From an uncultured Methanosarcinaceae archaeon (GTDB lineage: Archaea > Halobacteriota > Methanosarcinia > Methanosarcinales > Methanosarcinaceae): a stretch of 64,000 nucleotides of DNA. The stretch's first letter is position 1, and each line of letters opens with the position of its first letter. The stretch lies in contig CAWHXP010000008.1 of assembly GCA_963833425.1 (NCBI GenBank), positions 212,578 to 276,577 on the forward strand, in the 5' to 3' direction. The translations under genes and the position numbers were made by a program. This document shows positions 24,777 to 34,745 of this stretch, piece by piece. A model generated the notes under the pieces. That model did no database searches. It was not told the origin of the DNA and was given only the letters and a program-made list of their open reading frames with translations.

Positions 24777-25322
24777 ATGTTTGAACTCAGAATGAAAAAG
24801 GTAATTGCCATTTTACTGGCAGTACTATTTGTAACGTCGTTGTCAGCAGTTGCAGCTAGTGCCGGACGTGGCGGTATGCATGGCGGTCACCATGGCGGTC
24901 ACCATGGCGGTCACGGTTTCGGCGGTCGAGGCGGCTTTGGTGGCGGCTACGGCGGCTACGGCGGCTGGGGCGGCTACGGCGGCTGGGGCGGCTACGGCGG
25001 CTGGGGCGGCTACGGCGGCTGGGGCGGCTACGGCGGCTATGGATGTGGAGTACCCATTTGTGCACCACCTGTCCAACCTGTCATAACGTATGCTGATCAA
25101 GTTGTCTGCAAACCTGTCACAACAATGGAAAAACAAGTTGTTCAGGAACCTGTCACAACAATGGAAAAACAAATTGTCGAAGAACCTGTCACAACAATGG
25201 TCGAAAAAGAGGTCGAAGTACCTGTCACAAAAATGGTCGAAAAGTGTGTCGACGTGCCTGTCACAACAATGGTCCAAGACGTTGTCAAAGTACCTGTTTG
25301 TGGACTTGCCCCAGTTTGTTGA
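24777..25322 (+). CDS. Secreted low-complexity protein: signal peptide, GGH/GGY/GGW repeats and 12-aa Pro-Val repeats
   Basis: MKKVIAILLAVLFVTSLSAVAASA signal peptide; GGTGA RBS; in-frame 9/18-bp and 36-bp repeats. Confidence 0.85.
   Translation: MFELRMKKVIAILLAVLFVTSLSAVAASAGRGGMHGGHHGGHHGGHGFGGRGGFGGGYGGYGGWGGYGGWGGYGGWGGYGGWGGYGGYGCGVPICAPPVQPVITYADQVVCKPVTTMEKQVVQEPVTTMEKQIVEEPVTTMVEKEVEVPVTKMVEKCVDVPVTTMVQDVVKVPVCGLAPVC
24942..25040 (+). repeat. GC-rich coding tandem repeat (GGCGGCTAC/GGCGGCTGG units; 18-bp unit x4 plus flanking 9-bp units)
   Basis: Directly visible; encodes (GGYGGW)4. Confidence 0.95.
25077..25300 (+). repeat. 36-bp coding tandem repeat (CCTGTCACAACAATGG...) about 6 copies
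   Basis: Encodes PVTTMxxxxVxx 12-mers. Confidence 0.9.
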
Positions 25323-25405
25323 GTGTCGTAACCCTGAGTACCACTACACGACATAACAGCACGAAAGCTAACAAGAATTATAAAATAGTAGATTAAATAC
25401 AGATC

Positions 25406-25477
25406 AGAGTCTCACTGCTTAAGTAAGCTTGTTTGATCCGGTATAATACAATATCATTGACCGCAGAGTGAGACTCT
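25406..25477 (+). terminator. Long stem-loop downstream of the Gly-rich gene
   Basis: AGAGTCTCACT (25406-25416) is the exact reverse complement of AGTGAGACTCT (25467-25477); followed by a T-rich tract. Confidence 0.5.
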
Positions 25478-26073
25478 TAATTTTCTTATTATTTATATCT
25501 ATTTGACAGTATTTGCTTGAAAATACTATTGATTTTTCGGCTCAACACCTTATTTGAAACACATATGTAGACTTTTGCCTGTTTGTCCATTATTATTCGT
25601 TGAAAATTATATTACCTTTTAAGCGACTTTCATATTGAGAAAATAGATTGTATTTTTGTATTCATCTATAGAAAGGTGTCGAAGTTATTAATTTTTAAAC
25701 TTGAGTATATATGTATCTAGATCTGCCAATATATTCGATAAATAAATAAAAAAATTATAAGTTTGCAGATATTTTGCACTTTCTAGATATTTATATTCAA
25801 GCTTACTTACTCAAAAATCAATAGGAGCTACAGGGGAAAAAGGATCCGTTCTGGAAGTTTTGGTAGCTCCAGCTACAATTAAACCACATAATAAAAATAA
25901 GTAGGGAAGAACAATCTACTATAATAGTGTAAGCAAAATAAGGAAATCATTCATTTCATAAATCACCTAACTGGTTCTGGTGCAAAAATAATATTTCTGC
26001 AGTTTTATAATTATTCACTTTGTGCATCAGTTTTCCGGTGATGAGAATAATTAACTTTCCTAATTGTGAATGT

Positions 26074-26232
26074 TTACACTGATTTTTCAACAAAGTCAGA
26101 TTCTTTGGTGTCACTGCAAACAGCACGATATGTGATGCCAGCTATAATTGCTATTGCTCTTTCCAACGGATAGACACTTTTACTCATATATTCTAAAATT
26201 TCAGGATTTTTAGAACCTGTTTGTTTTGCCAT
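26074..26232 (-). CDS. Small hypothetical protein (52 aa) of the integrated element
   Basis: MAKQTGSKNPEILEYMSKSVYPLERAIAIIAGITYRAVCSDTKESDFVEKSV*; lies just downstream of the AbrB-like ORF. Confidence 0.4.
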   Translation of the reverse strand: MAKQTGSKNPEILEYMSKSVYPLERAIAIIAGITYRAVCSDTKESDFVEKSV

Positions 26233-26266
26233 GTGACAAAAAATTTATCGTTTGGACTCCTTGCGG

Positions 26267-26566
26267 TCATGCCAGCATCTCTCCATTGGTGTTAGGTGTT
26301 GAGCCCCTAGTTCCTTCAGAGTTTTGACAGGCCTGTGGAACTGGGGTTATTCTTAAGCTTCCGTCTTCAAACATTTCTATGTTCACACGGCTACTCTGAA
26401 CGAGTTTTGCGTTCTTTGCCCAAATCACAGGCAAAGGGCACATATAACTATATGCGGTTTTTTGAATTTTACGTTTACCGAATAAAATATTCATTTGAAT
26501 CATCATTAAAATATACACTTTATAACTATAAAAAGTATTTTTGTAGATTTTGAAAATAAAATACAT
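26267..26566 (-). CDS. AbrB/MazE/SpoVT-like small DNA-binding protein
   Basis: RKIQKTAYSYMCPLPVIWAKNAKL...VNIEMFEDGSLRITP swapped-hairpin pattern; real start probably an internal Met. Confidence 0.65.
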   Translation of the reverse strand: MYFIFKIYKNTFYSYKVYILMMIQMNILFGKRKIQKTAYSYMCPLPVIWAKNAKLVQSSRVNIEMFEDGSLRITPVPQACQNSEGTRGSTPNTNGEMLA

Positions 26567-26665
26567 ATATGTGATTAATTCTAAATTAATACATACTTAA
26601 TTTTACTAATTATTAAAAACTATTATGAAACATATACTTTAAATATTCTCAGATATATCATATAT

Positions 26666-27918
26666 ATGGCTCTAAAGGAAAGAGCATTACCTAAAAACGG
26701 ACCCAAAGACACTATTATAGAATTCATTTTAGAAAATGATGAGGCGGTAAAAGGGTCTCAAATTAGAGAACATTTAAAGAAAAAAAATCCAAAAGTGGAT
26801 CAGGGAAACGTTAATAGGGATTTACATGAGTTGCAGGGTGATTATGAATGTATCCAATTCGAAACTGGTAAAATAGGTCGGCGCAAGTATAATTTATGGA
26901 ATAAACAAAGATTGAACATTTAAAAAAAATTAGAGAATATTTTAAAAATATTAAATTAAACAAATACCAAAAATCCTTAGAAATAATCAGTGACAATCAT
27001 AGGGTTAGAGATGATCTAAATTTAATAGAAGATGATCTTGACAAAATATACCGTCTTCAGTTGTTCGCATCACTTTCCTTTTTTGATTTGTGCTTAAAAA
27101 ACGATATTGAAACTTTATATAACAAATCTGAAGAAATTTTGAATTTATCCAGAAGTGGTATTTACTGGAATGAAATATCATATATAGACCCACCTAAGGA
27201 TCTTTTATACTTAACTCATGGAAAAAATTGAAATGGAGCCTAATATTTGGCTGGATGTTTACAATGAATTCATAAACCATTCTCTGAAATCAGAGATTCA
27301 TCAAAAATCTTTTAAATTTTCTGAAGATCTCAAAATATCAGAAAAAATATTTAAGAAAATAATACTAGAAGCACTGACAAAAAAATATGAAGAACTAAAA
27401 GAAGAATCGTACAAAAAATAATTAAATATATTTCAAATAAGATAGCATCTGAGATAGTAACTAAAAAAATATCTGAAAATGAAAAGAAACATATCGGATA
27501 TATTAAAGGAACTAATGGAATACTAGTCGAACAACTAGAAAACATGACTAAAAAACTATCTGAGAATATATTTAACAGAGCCTTACTATTACTCGAAAAA
27601 TATTGGGAAATGCAACTTTTTGATATATTGCATATCCCATATTTAGATAATTTAAAAAAAGTAAGAAATTTTACGATGCTTTTCGACCACTGCTTTGAAG
27701 ACGATATTTTGGAAGGTAGTGTTTCTAGCGAAGAAATAGAATTTGTGAAAGCAGGACAAAAATTTTATGAGAGATTACATATTGACGACCAGAATTTGTC
27801 AGAAGGTTATGTACCAGAGTATTGTCCACAGGATGATTGTACTGATTGTCCAGCTAGTCATGAATGTGATTATAAAGAAATTTGTCTAAGTTTCTCAAAA
27901 AAATATGGGCTAAGATAA
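26666..27918 (+). pseudogene. Frameshifted winged-helix-type regulator/hypothetical gene of the integrated element
   Basis: ORF pieces 26666-26923, 27218-27421 and 27544-27918 join through frameshifts; N-terminal IIEFILEN...QIREHLKK...VNRDLHEL wHTH-like; Cys-rich C-terminus. Confidence 0.6.
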
Positions 27919-27959
27919 GAACTCTTTTAAACCAAAAGCCCATTTTACTAATATATCTA

Positions 27960-29096
27960 TCATTTCCCAGCTTTAAGCATCGTTTCCTTTAGTTTTGAGA
28001 TTTCTTCTAACTCTTGTTTTAAAGTATTTTTCATTTCTCTAATTTCGTCTAAATCTGCAAGTTGCATATAATCGGTTTTTACGGATTCTACAGTTTTTGA
28101 AGCTTCCTGAGTAAGCGGCAGTCCACATTTAAAACAAAATAAAGCATTTTCTGAATTTATTTCTTTGCACCGTGGGCATTTATTAAAAGTAAATTTTTTG
28201 TGAGATTCTTCAGTCTCGATTCCATGCAATTTAAGTATAGCATTATCCACATCTCGCCCTGACATATGCACATATACACTCGCCTTATTACTTGATTTAG
28301 TCCAACCTAAATATTCTTTTAAAAGTTGTTCAGGCAATTGTTCTGCTAAGTGAGTTGCTCTGGCATGTCTAAAAGCATGTGGGTAAACCCTTTTTTGTTG
28401 GATACCTGCTCTACTTGCTACTTTGTGTAGTTGATCTGCAAGTCCTACAAATGTGATAACTCCAAAAGGAGAATTAGTCGAACAGAATAAGTAAGCATCA
28501 AGATCATTTTTTAATGGATGGGTGTCAATCCATTGTTTAAGATAAGATGAAGCTAATACAAGCCTAACGCGTCGAAGTCCTGTTTTTCCTTTTTGGATAT
28601 TGAGGATTGCCCCATTCTCGTCAAAAGTCACATGTTTAAGTTGAACTGTTAGTAATTCCCCCCTTCTAGCTCCACTTTCATAAAAAGTAGCAATTATAGC
28701 CCGATCTCTGTTACTTCGACATGAATCAATTAATTTTTCAATTTCTTCGCGAGTCAAAATATCTTCGGGGATTTTCCCATTTTTTAGCGTCCGCAACTTT
28801 ATTACGGCTCCAAGATCACTATTAATAAAGGTCAAGAATTTTTTCAAAACAGTTCTAATTCGTTGCTGTGTACCAGGTGAGTATTTAACAGCCTTACCAG
28901 CCTTGATGTACGTATAGGCATTTATAAAATCCAGATAATCGTAAACATCGTCTGTAGTAAAATCCTTTAATTCTCGATTTCCACACCATTCTATGAACTT
29001 TATAAGTGTATATTCAGCAGTTGCAATTGTCTCTTCCGTCAGTCCATCTGCTTGACACTTCCTTATATAATCTTTTAAGATCGTTGAATTACTCAT
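27960..29096 (-). CDS. Tyrosine recombinase/integrase with C-terminal zinc ribbon
   Basis: Catalytic residues: ESGARRGEL (R), KGKTG (K), HAFRH (HxxR), LGW, VYVH (Y); CPRC...CFKC at C-terminus. Confidence 0.95.
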   Translation of the reverse strand: MSNSTILKDYIRKCQADGLTEETIATAEYTLIKFIEWCGNRELKDFTTDDVYDYLDFINAYTYIKAGKAVKYSPGTQQRIRTVLKKFLTFINSDLGAVIKLRTLKNGKIPEDILTREEIEKLIDSCRSNRDRAIIATFYESGARRGELLTVQLKHVTFDENGAILNIQKGKTGLRRVRLVLASSYLKQWIDTHPLKNDLDAYLFCSTNSPFGVITFVGLADQLHKVASRAGIQQKRVYPHAFRHARATHLAEQLPEQLLKEYLGWTKSSNKASVYVHMSGRDVDNAILKLHGIETEESHKKFTFNKCPRCKEINSENALFCFKCGLPLTQEASKTVESVKTDYMQLADLDEIREMKNTLKQELEEISKLKETMLKAGK

Positions 29097-29138
29097 ACTA
29101 ACTTAATAGAATTGACCCTAGATAAACAATATAGGTTT

Positions 29139-29213
29139 TTATGTTGGTTCAGCTCCAACAAAAAGATGTACATGATCACCATCAGTACCAACCACATCAA
29201 ATTCAAAGTACAT
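29139..29213 (-). pseudogene. tnpA: IS200/IS605-family TnpA (HUH transposase) fragment
   Basis: Translates MYFEFDVVGTDGDHVHLFVGAEPT*, containing the DHVHL HUH motif of Y1 transposases; truncated right after GAEP. Confidence 0.8.
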
Positions 29214-29320
29214 CTCGTAACCCGTTAAAGACTTCTCAACTGATAGGTTTAATAATATTTACAAATAAACTAAAATATAATTATAGAACTGGATGACAAA
29301 ATACTTCGGAGGATTCTGGC

Positions 29321-31117
29321 TTGGGAAATCATTATTTCATAATCACTGGAGAAGAAGCAGGACCTAGATCAAATAAGATGGGTGGAATATGGAATGTCAT
29401 TGATGGTGAGGCACATACCCTTGCTAAGCTTTTCAATTCTGGCACAGTGGTACCAAAGAATGATACGAAAATTCTTGTTGTAGGCCCTTATTATGGGCAT
29501 AGAGGTGCAGACTGGAACCGGGGTATGAATCGGATTACAAATATGGAAGAGTTTACCCCCCTAAATATCGATGCTGAACTCCAAAAAATTCTAGAATCCC
29601 TTGAGAAGTCAGGTATAAAGGTGTTTACAGGAGAAAAAAGGGTAGGAAAAATTGGAATAGTGTATCTGCAGTTTCAGACTTGCGATTTCGGGAAAATATC
29701 CACAACATACATGGGAAAGGAGATGACACTCGAAAACAAGGTCAAAGCTGAAGCATATGAAATCCTTGGACTTGATTCCTTGAAGTATGAGAGCATGTCA
29801 AATGGTTCAGAATACACTCATTATCTACTCCTTTCTTACGCAATTTCTGAGTTTGCTCGGTTTCTAGTAAGCTCAGTTTCGAAAATTGCTGAGACTGGAA
29901 AGGAAAATATAATCTCAAATAAAATTTTTATATCCTGTGCTGGTGTTTCCCTGCATTGCCATGAATTTGGGGTATTTTATGCGGCAGCCAGACTTAAAAA
30001 ACTTGGTATTCCGGTAGATAGTATTGCGACTCTGCATGCTACTCTTCCTGGAAGAGCTGCAGGATACAATTCCATCCTAAAAAGGAGGAATAATGACAGT
30101 ACGTGGTCTCCTGGAGTACCTGAAAATCTGGCTGCCCTCGAAGCTCTCGCCTTATATGCAGACACAGTTACTGCAGTAGGAGAGTCAACCTTGCAAGAAG
30201 CCAGGCTTTTTTACGGGATTAATGGGATTGTGATCCGAAATGGGATAACTATAGAATCCGACAAAATAGATTGGAATTTGAAAGAACATTGCCTTGAACA
30301 TATTCAAAAATTTCTTTCCGAAAACATGTACAAGTATCATGGAGGGGAAAGGATAAAACCCGAAAAAATAATCCCTATTTTTACAATTTCCCGCACAGAA
30401 GTGGAAAACAAAGGGTATCCTGAACTCCTTGATTCTCTTGTTGCTCTTGATCATATAATAAAGAACAGCATTTTGCAAGGGCATATGGAAGAAGGAATTA
30501 AGGTGGTCTGTTTTCTTATTACTGCAGAAGGTCCCAAGAAAAATCTGCCTGAAGGTTTTCCTATCAATATACCAAAAGAAGTACTTGCAGGAAACGAACT
30601 GAGGATTCAGCAGATGATCGAAGAAAAAGGGTTGGATTTTTCGAAAATGGGACGAGGAAAGTGTTCAGTCGCAGCAGTTCTATATCCTCAGATTCTCTCA
30701 ATATCCGATGGAGGACTTAATATGGGAGTTGGGGATTTTATGGCCGGCTGCTGTGCGGGCATCTTTCCCTCGCGTTATGATCCTTTCCTGCTTACTGGAC
30801 TTGAAGCCGGAAAGGAGGGGACTCCAAGCGTGGTCAGCCGGGTGTGTGGCTTCAGTGATGCCATAAAGGCTGTTGAGCCTTTGGTAGAAGGCTTAGGAGG
30901 TATAATAATCGTAGACAACGTCGATCTTTCCTATTATGAAGCAGTCCTTGATTATGCCCTCGCAGTTAGTTACTTTACGCAAAATTTCATAGATGATAGA
31001 GTTAAGTACAAACTTCTGTGTATGGAAGCATTCCTCCTCGCTAAGGACATGGATTGGGAAGAGCCTACAAAACAATATTATGAACTGATTAACAGTGGAG
31101 CACACTTTTGCAGGTAG
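29321..31117 (+). CDS. Glycogen synthase (GT3-like glycosyltransferase)
   Basis: N-terminal NKMGGIWNV, HCHEF, ATLHATLPGR, ISRTEVENKG and GIFPSRYDPFLLTGLE motifs; TTG start with GGAGG RBS. Confidence 0.85.
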   Translation: MGNHYFIITGEEAGPRSNKMGGIWNVIDGEAHTLAKLFNSGTVVPKNDTKILVVGPYYGHRGADWNRGMNRITNMEEFTPLNIDAELQKILESLEKSGIKVFTGEKRVGKIGIVYLQFQTCDFGKISTTYMGKEMTLENKVKAEAYEILGLDSLKYESMSNGSEYTHYLLLSYAISEFARFLVSSVSKIAETGKENIISNKIFISCAGVSLHCHEFGVFYAAARLKKLGIPVDSIATLHATLPGRAAGYNSILKRRNNDSTWSPGVPENLAALEALALYADTVTAVGESTLQEARLFYGINGIVIRNGITIESDKIDWNLKEHCLEHIQKFLSENMYKYHGGERIKPEKIIPIFTISRTEVENKGYPELLDSLVALDHIIKNSILQGHMEEGIKVVCFLITAEGPKKNLPEGFPINIPKEVLAGNELRIQQMIEEKGLDFSKMGRGKCSVAAVLYPQILSISDGGLNMGVGDFMAGCCAGIFPSRYDPFLLTGLEAGKEGTPSVVSRVCGFSDAIKAVEPLVEGLGGIIIVDNVDLSYYEAVLDYALAVSYFTQNFIDDRVKYKLLCMEAFLLAKDMDWEEPTKQYYELINSGAHFCR

Positions 31118-31190
31118 TAAAGCGAACCATCTGCTAAAAAAACAATTTTTTTGATATCAATTGGTTCAATACGTTAGAAGGTGATATAGC

Positions 31191-31340
31191 ATGGCAGGAT
31201 TTGAGTTAGACGATTCTGATGTGTATCGAAATACCAAAGTTTTCGATCAACTTTTAAAATTTGCAAAAGAGAATTGTGGAAACGATAAAGCAATTTTTGA
31301 ATATTTCGAAGATTTAGTCGGCATTGATCTTATCGGGTGA
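31191..31340 (+). CDS. Small acidic protein (49 aa)
   Basis: MAGFELDDSDVYRNTKVFDQLLKFAKENCGNDKAIFEYFEDLVGIDLIG* with GAAGGTGA RBS; below the ORF-track length cutoff. Confidence 0.45.
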   Translation: MAGFELDDSDVYRNTKVFDQLLKFAKENCGNDKAIFEYFEDLVGIDLIG

Positions 31341-32013
31341 TTCATATTGGACAAAGATAATGAAATTTCGGTAGGTATAGAACTCACTGAATCCAGTGAC
31401 CATAACTATGACGAAATCATTTTTTACGACAAAAATAGGAGGATATAACAGTATTTTCAGTATGAGAGAGTCCTAGTTGATTTATAACACACGTCCAATA
31501 TACAAAATCTTGGGTCCCTCTAATTTAGGATTCGCGTAGTTAAACTGAGAAATAAATAACTTAAAGTACTGAAAGTAAAATAGAAGATGACTTTGGAAAT
31601 GTTAAAGGGTTTAAAAAAAGAATTTAAATAGCATCATGCATAAAAGATCATTGTTGGCTCGTATATCAAATAAATTTGAGATGTATGGATAAAAAGCCTA
31701 CATATAAATTTATCCCCATATTAGCCAATATTTGTTGATATATATGGGAGGAAATAAGCTTAGGACCTAAGCAAAATAATTTAAGTATAATTATATATTC
31801 GTTTCATAATTCGTAAGGATAAAAATATACCTTTCAAGGTGCAGAGTAATTTGCAACCGCAAAAATAAATAGAATGATTGATATAGAGTCAGAAGCTCCA
31901 TTGCACCTTTTTTAGTATATATAACTCATTAAATTAAATATTCATTTGCACCTTCTGAAATAAGGTAACACGAGGTAGATTCAAGTGTCCATTTTTTTGA
32001 CATTGCAGTAAAT

Positions 32014-33218
32014 TTAGAGCATGTATTGTATATCGAAACACGCACTTGCATAAGTAAATATCATCTTTTGTAAATCTGATGCTTTGAGCTTAAACCGTAT
32101 CATTGAAGCGAAAATATTGATAGCTTCTTCAGCATGAAGACCCAGAATATGAGCTCCCATTATGCGGTCATTTGCTTCATCAAGAATTATCTTTGAAGCC
32201 GCAAATTCTATTCCTACTGCCTTTGTAGTTTGCCAGTTGCTCATATCCCGGAAATTTCTCCCTGAAGTTTTGCAACATAAGTAAGCTGCATATCCTCTAA
32301 TGCACAGTCCCCTCCTGCATAGATGCGGGTATTTGAGGTCCGCATGTGCTTATCGACTACAATAGCTCCCTTTTAGATCTTAACCCCTGCCTTTTCAAGG
32401 CATAAATCCTCTTCATCCGGAACACGGCTTGCCCAATGCACTACCATATCAGCTTGAAAGCTCTGAATTTCGGATCCAAATTCAGTTTTGACCAGCAAGC
32501 CGTCATTTTTTTTTCGACCGAAATTACTGGTTTGTTTGTAAGGATTTTGATCCCTACAGCTTCGGATGCTTTTGTAAGTAAATCCACCATATTAGAATCA
32601 AAGGATCTCAGGAGGCGTTCACTTCTATGCAAAATTGTAATATCAGAACCAGCTCTTCGCGCAATGTGAGCGAACTCTAGAGATATGTGACCACATCCAA
32701 TGAAAATAATTCTTTCAGGAAGTTTTTCGGCTTCCAGAAACTCCTCACTTGTGGTGATGCGTCCTTCCCCGGGAATGTTGAGTTTTCGCGGCTTTGAATC
32801 TGTAGCAAGAAAAATAAACTTCCCTTTAAGCTTGTCTTACCCCACCATTATAGAGTTATTGACTCTTAAAATGAGCTCTTCTGTGATATGTATCAATTCC
32901 TATGTCCAAATAATGCCTCTCGATTTTCCTAGGACATTCTTCCAGAAATGTCTTATTGAACATTATCAGAGAAGACCAGTTAATTTTTAACGAAGTTTGC
33001 GTGCCTGCCCCTTTCCCGATCAGTCGATTATTCCAATAGTTACTTCGGCGATAATCTGTGAACATCTTTTTTGTATCACATCTTCCAGGAGTAGAAATAC
33101 ACCCATATTTTCTCTAGTCAAGAATGGCTATTTTTAATCCAGAACGCGCAACTTTATCCACAAAAGCTCTGCCAGCCGTCCCGGATCCGATAACTACAAT
33201 ATCATAATCATTTTCCAT
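32014..33218 (-). pseudogene. Pyridine nucleotide-disulfide oxidoreductase (glutathione/mercuric reductase-like), frameshifted
   Basis: MENDYDIVVIGSGTAG start; ATDSKPRKLNIPG; GRVP; IYAGGDC; RIMGAHILGLHAEEAINIFA C-terminus; many stops and frameshifts. Confidence 0.85.
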
Positions 33219-33676
33219 AATTTCCCTCCCTTTTTATCTCCCCACTTCCTGAAAGACAGATTATAAGATTTATTGGATCGTAATACTTTTCATACTGATC
33301 AAGATGAAGTATATCCTGTATTCTGAAGGATATCAGAATTTGCTTGCGAACTAATTTATTACTTTTCGAAGACAAATCAGTTATAAGTTTCCAATCAAAA
33401 ATTTCTAAGAAATCTCTAAAAGAATTTTTGATTTATTTCATCCATGAAACTTTATTTAAGGGTGAAGGTGTAAGCAGCATACATGAATTTTTATAAACTT
33501 TGTTATAATAAAGATGCCTTGCATACATCCACACAAAAAAATGTCAGGTTCAAGATCGTTGCTGGAAGCAAGAACCATAAACAGTACTCAAAATTGCGCT
33601 GTAGAACCCCGCTACAAGCGAAAGGGTATTTCTCACTACTTTCCTGATATATTTTTTTACTGAAAGTCAATTTACA

Positions 33677-34716
33677 CTACTTTTCATTTTCTACTATATC
33701 TGTTGGACCAATCAATCTGGCTAACCATTTTGTGTCCTCAAAACTCTCAAGTAGGATCTTCAAAACAATTGTAAGAGGTATGGACAAAATCACACCTACT
33801 GCTCCAAGTACAAAATTCCAGTATATAAGAGAAAGAAACAAAATGCCTGGAGATAATTTCAGTCCTTTTCCTGCAAGCGAAGGAAATACTACATTTTCCG
33901 CAAGCATACTGACAATCAATACAACGACAATAACTGCAAGAGCACCTATAGGCCCATACTTAAACAGTGCAAGCATTGTGGGTGGAATAGAAGCCAGAAC
34001 GAGACCAATGTAGGGTAATATAGCTGAGCAGGAATATGAGAACTCCCCAGAGAATCGCAAAGTCGATGTCTCCTACAAGAAGAGCAATGGTAATTCCAAC
34101 AGATGTGATAAGGTTTGTTTCGGCCCTTATAGCCAAAAAACCTACCAGATTTTTGTCAAATTTACTTATGCTCATCTGAAGCTTGGATTGAGTTTCAAAT
34201 TTTGAAGTTATTTTTTTAGGAGTATTGGCAGCGTCTATCAACAAGAACGCTGTTGCAAGTATTATAATTCCAGCTGTTGTACCAATATTCACAAGTCCAC
34301 TAATACTGCTTCTCATAAGAGAGATCAGGATTGATGTAATACTACGTAAAGTTGAATTCAAGGAAATGTACTCTTGTGAAGGAACATAACGTGTAAAAGT
34401 ATCTATGAACCCCATTAAATTAGTTTGGTAGATAGGGGTCTGGTTTCCAAATTGGATTGCACCTTTTATAACAATCACACTGAAAATCGCGACCATGAAA
34501 GCAAATAAAAGAATTACTAGAAGAATGCTCAGTCCACCTGGTATCCCCTTTTTTTTGAGCAAGAAGATAAGTGGGCTAAAGATCAAAGCAGCAAAAATGG
34601 AGAAAAAAAATGGGTGTGAGGATAGGAGCTAGCTCCCGCATTCCAAGCGTCAGGATTACAGCAAAAGTACTGTATACTAAAATCCTACCAGGTATAGAAT
34701 TGCTATTAAAATTCAT
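33677..34716 (-). pseudogene. AI-2E family transporter, frameshifted paralog
   Basis: ORF pieces 33960-34586 and 33677-34060 are highly similar to the intact gene at 41797-42879; frameshifts near 34610 and 34020. Confidence 0.88.
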
Positions 34717-34745
34717 GAATTGCAACTCCTTTAAGTATCAATCAT

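Larger units (their letters stand above)
26074..29160. mobile_element. Small integrative element (integrase + wHTH + AbrB-like); left boundary uncertain
   Basis: Very AT-rich cassette with integrase; the right end coincides with the palindrome TGTTGG-TTCAGCT-CCAACA and an IS200 tnpA fragment. Confidence 0.65.

Noticed and set aside
24843..25356. Overlapping alternative-frame and antisense ORFs (HCCDRF, AAVAAP and RRSRPS repeats)
   Set aside because: By-products of the stop-poor repeats in the Gly-rich gene; only the 24777 frame has an RBS and signal peptide.
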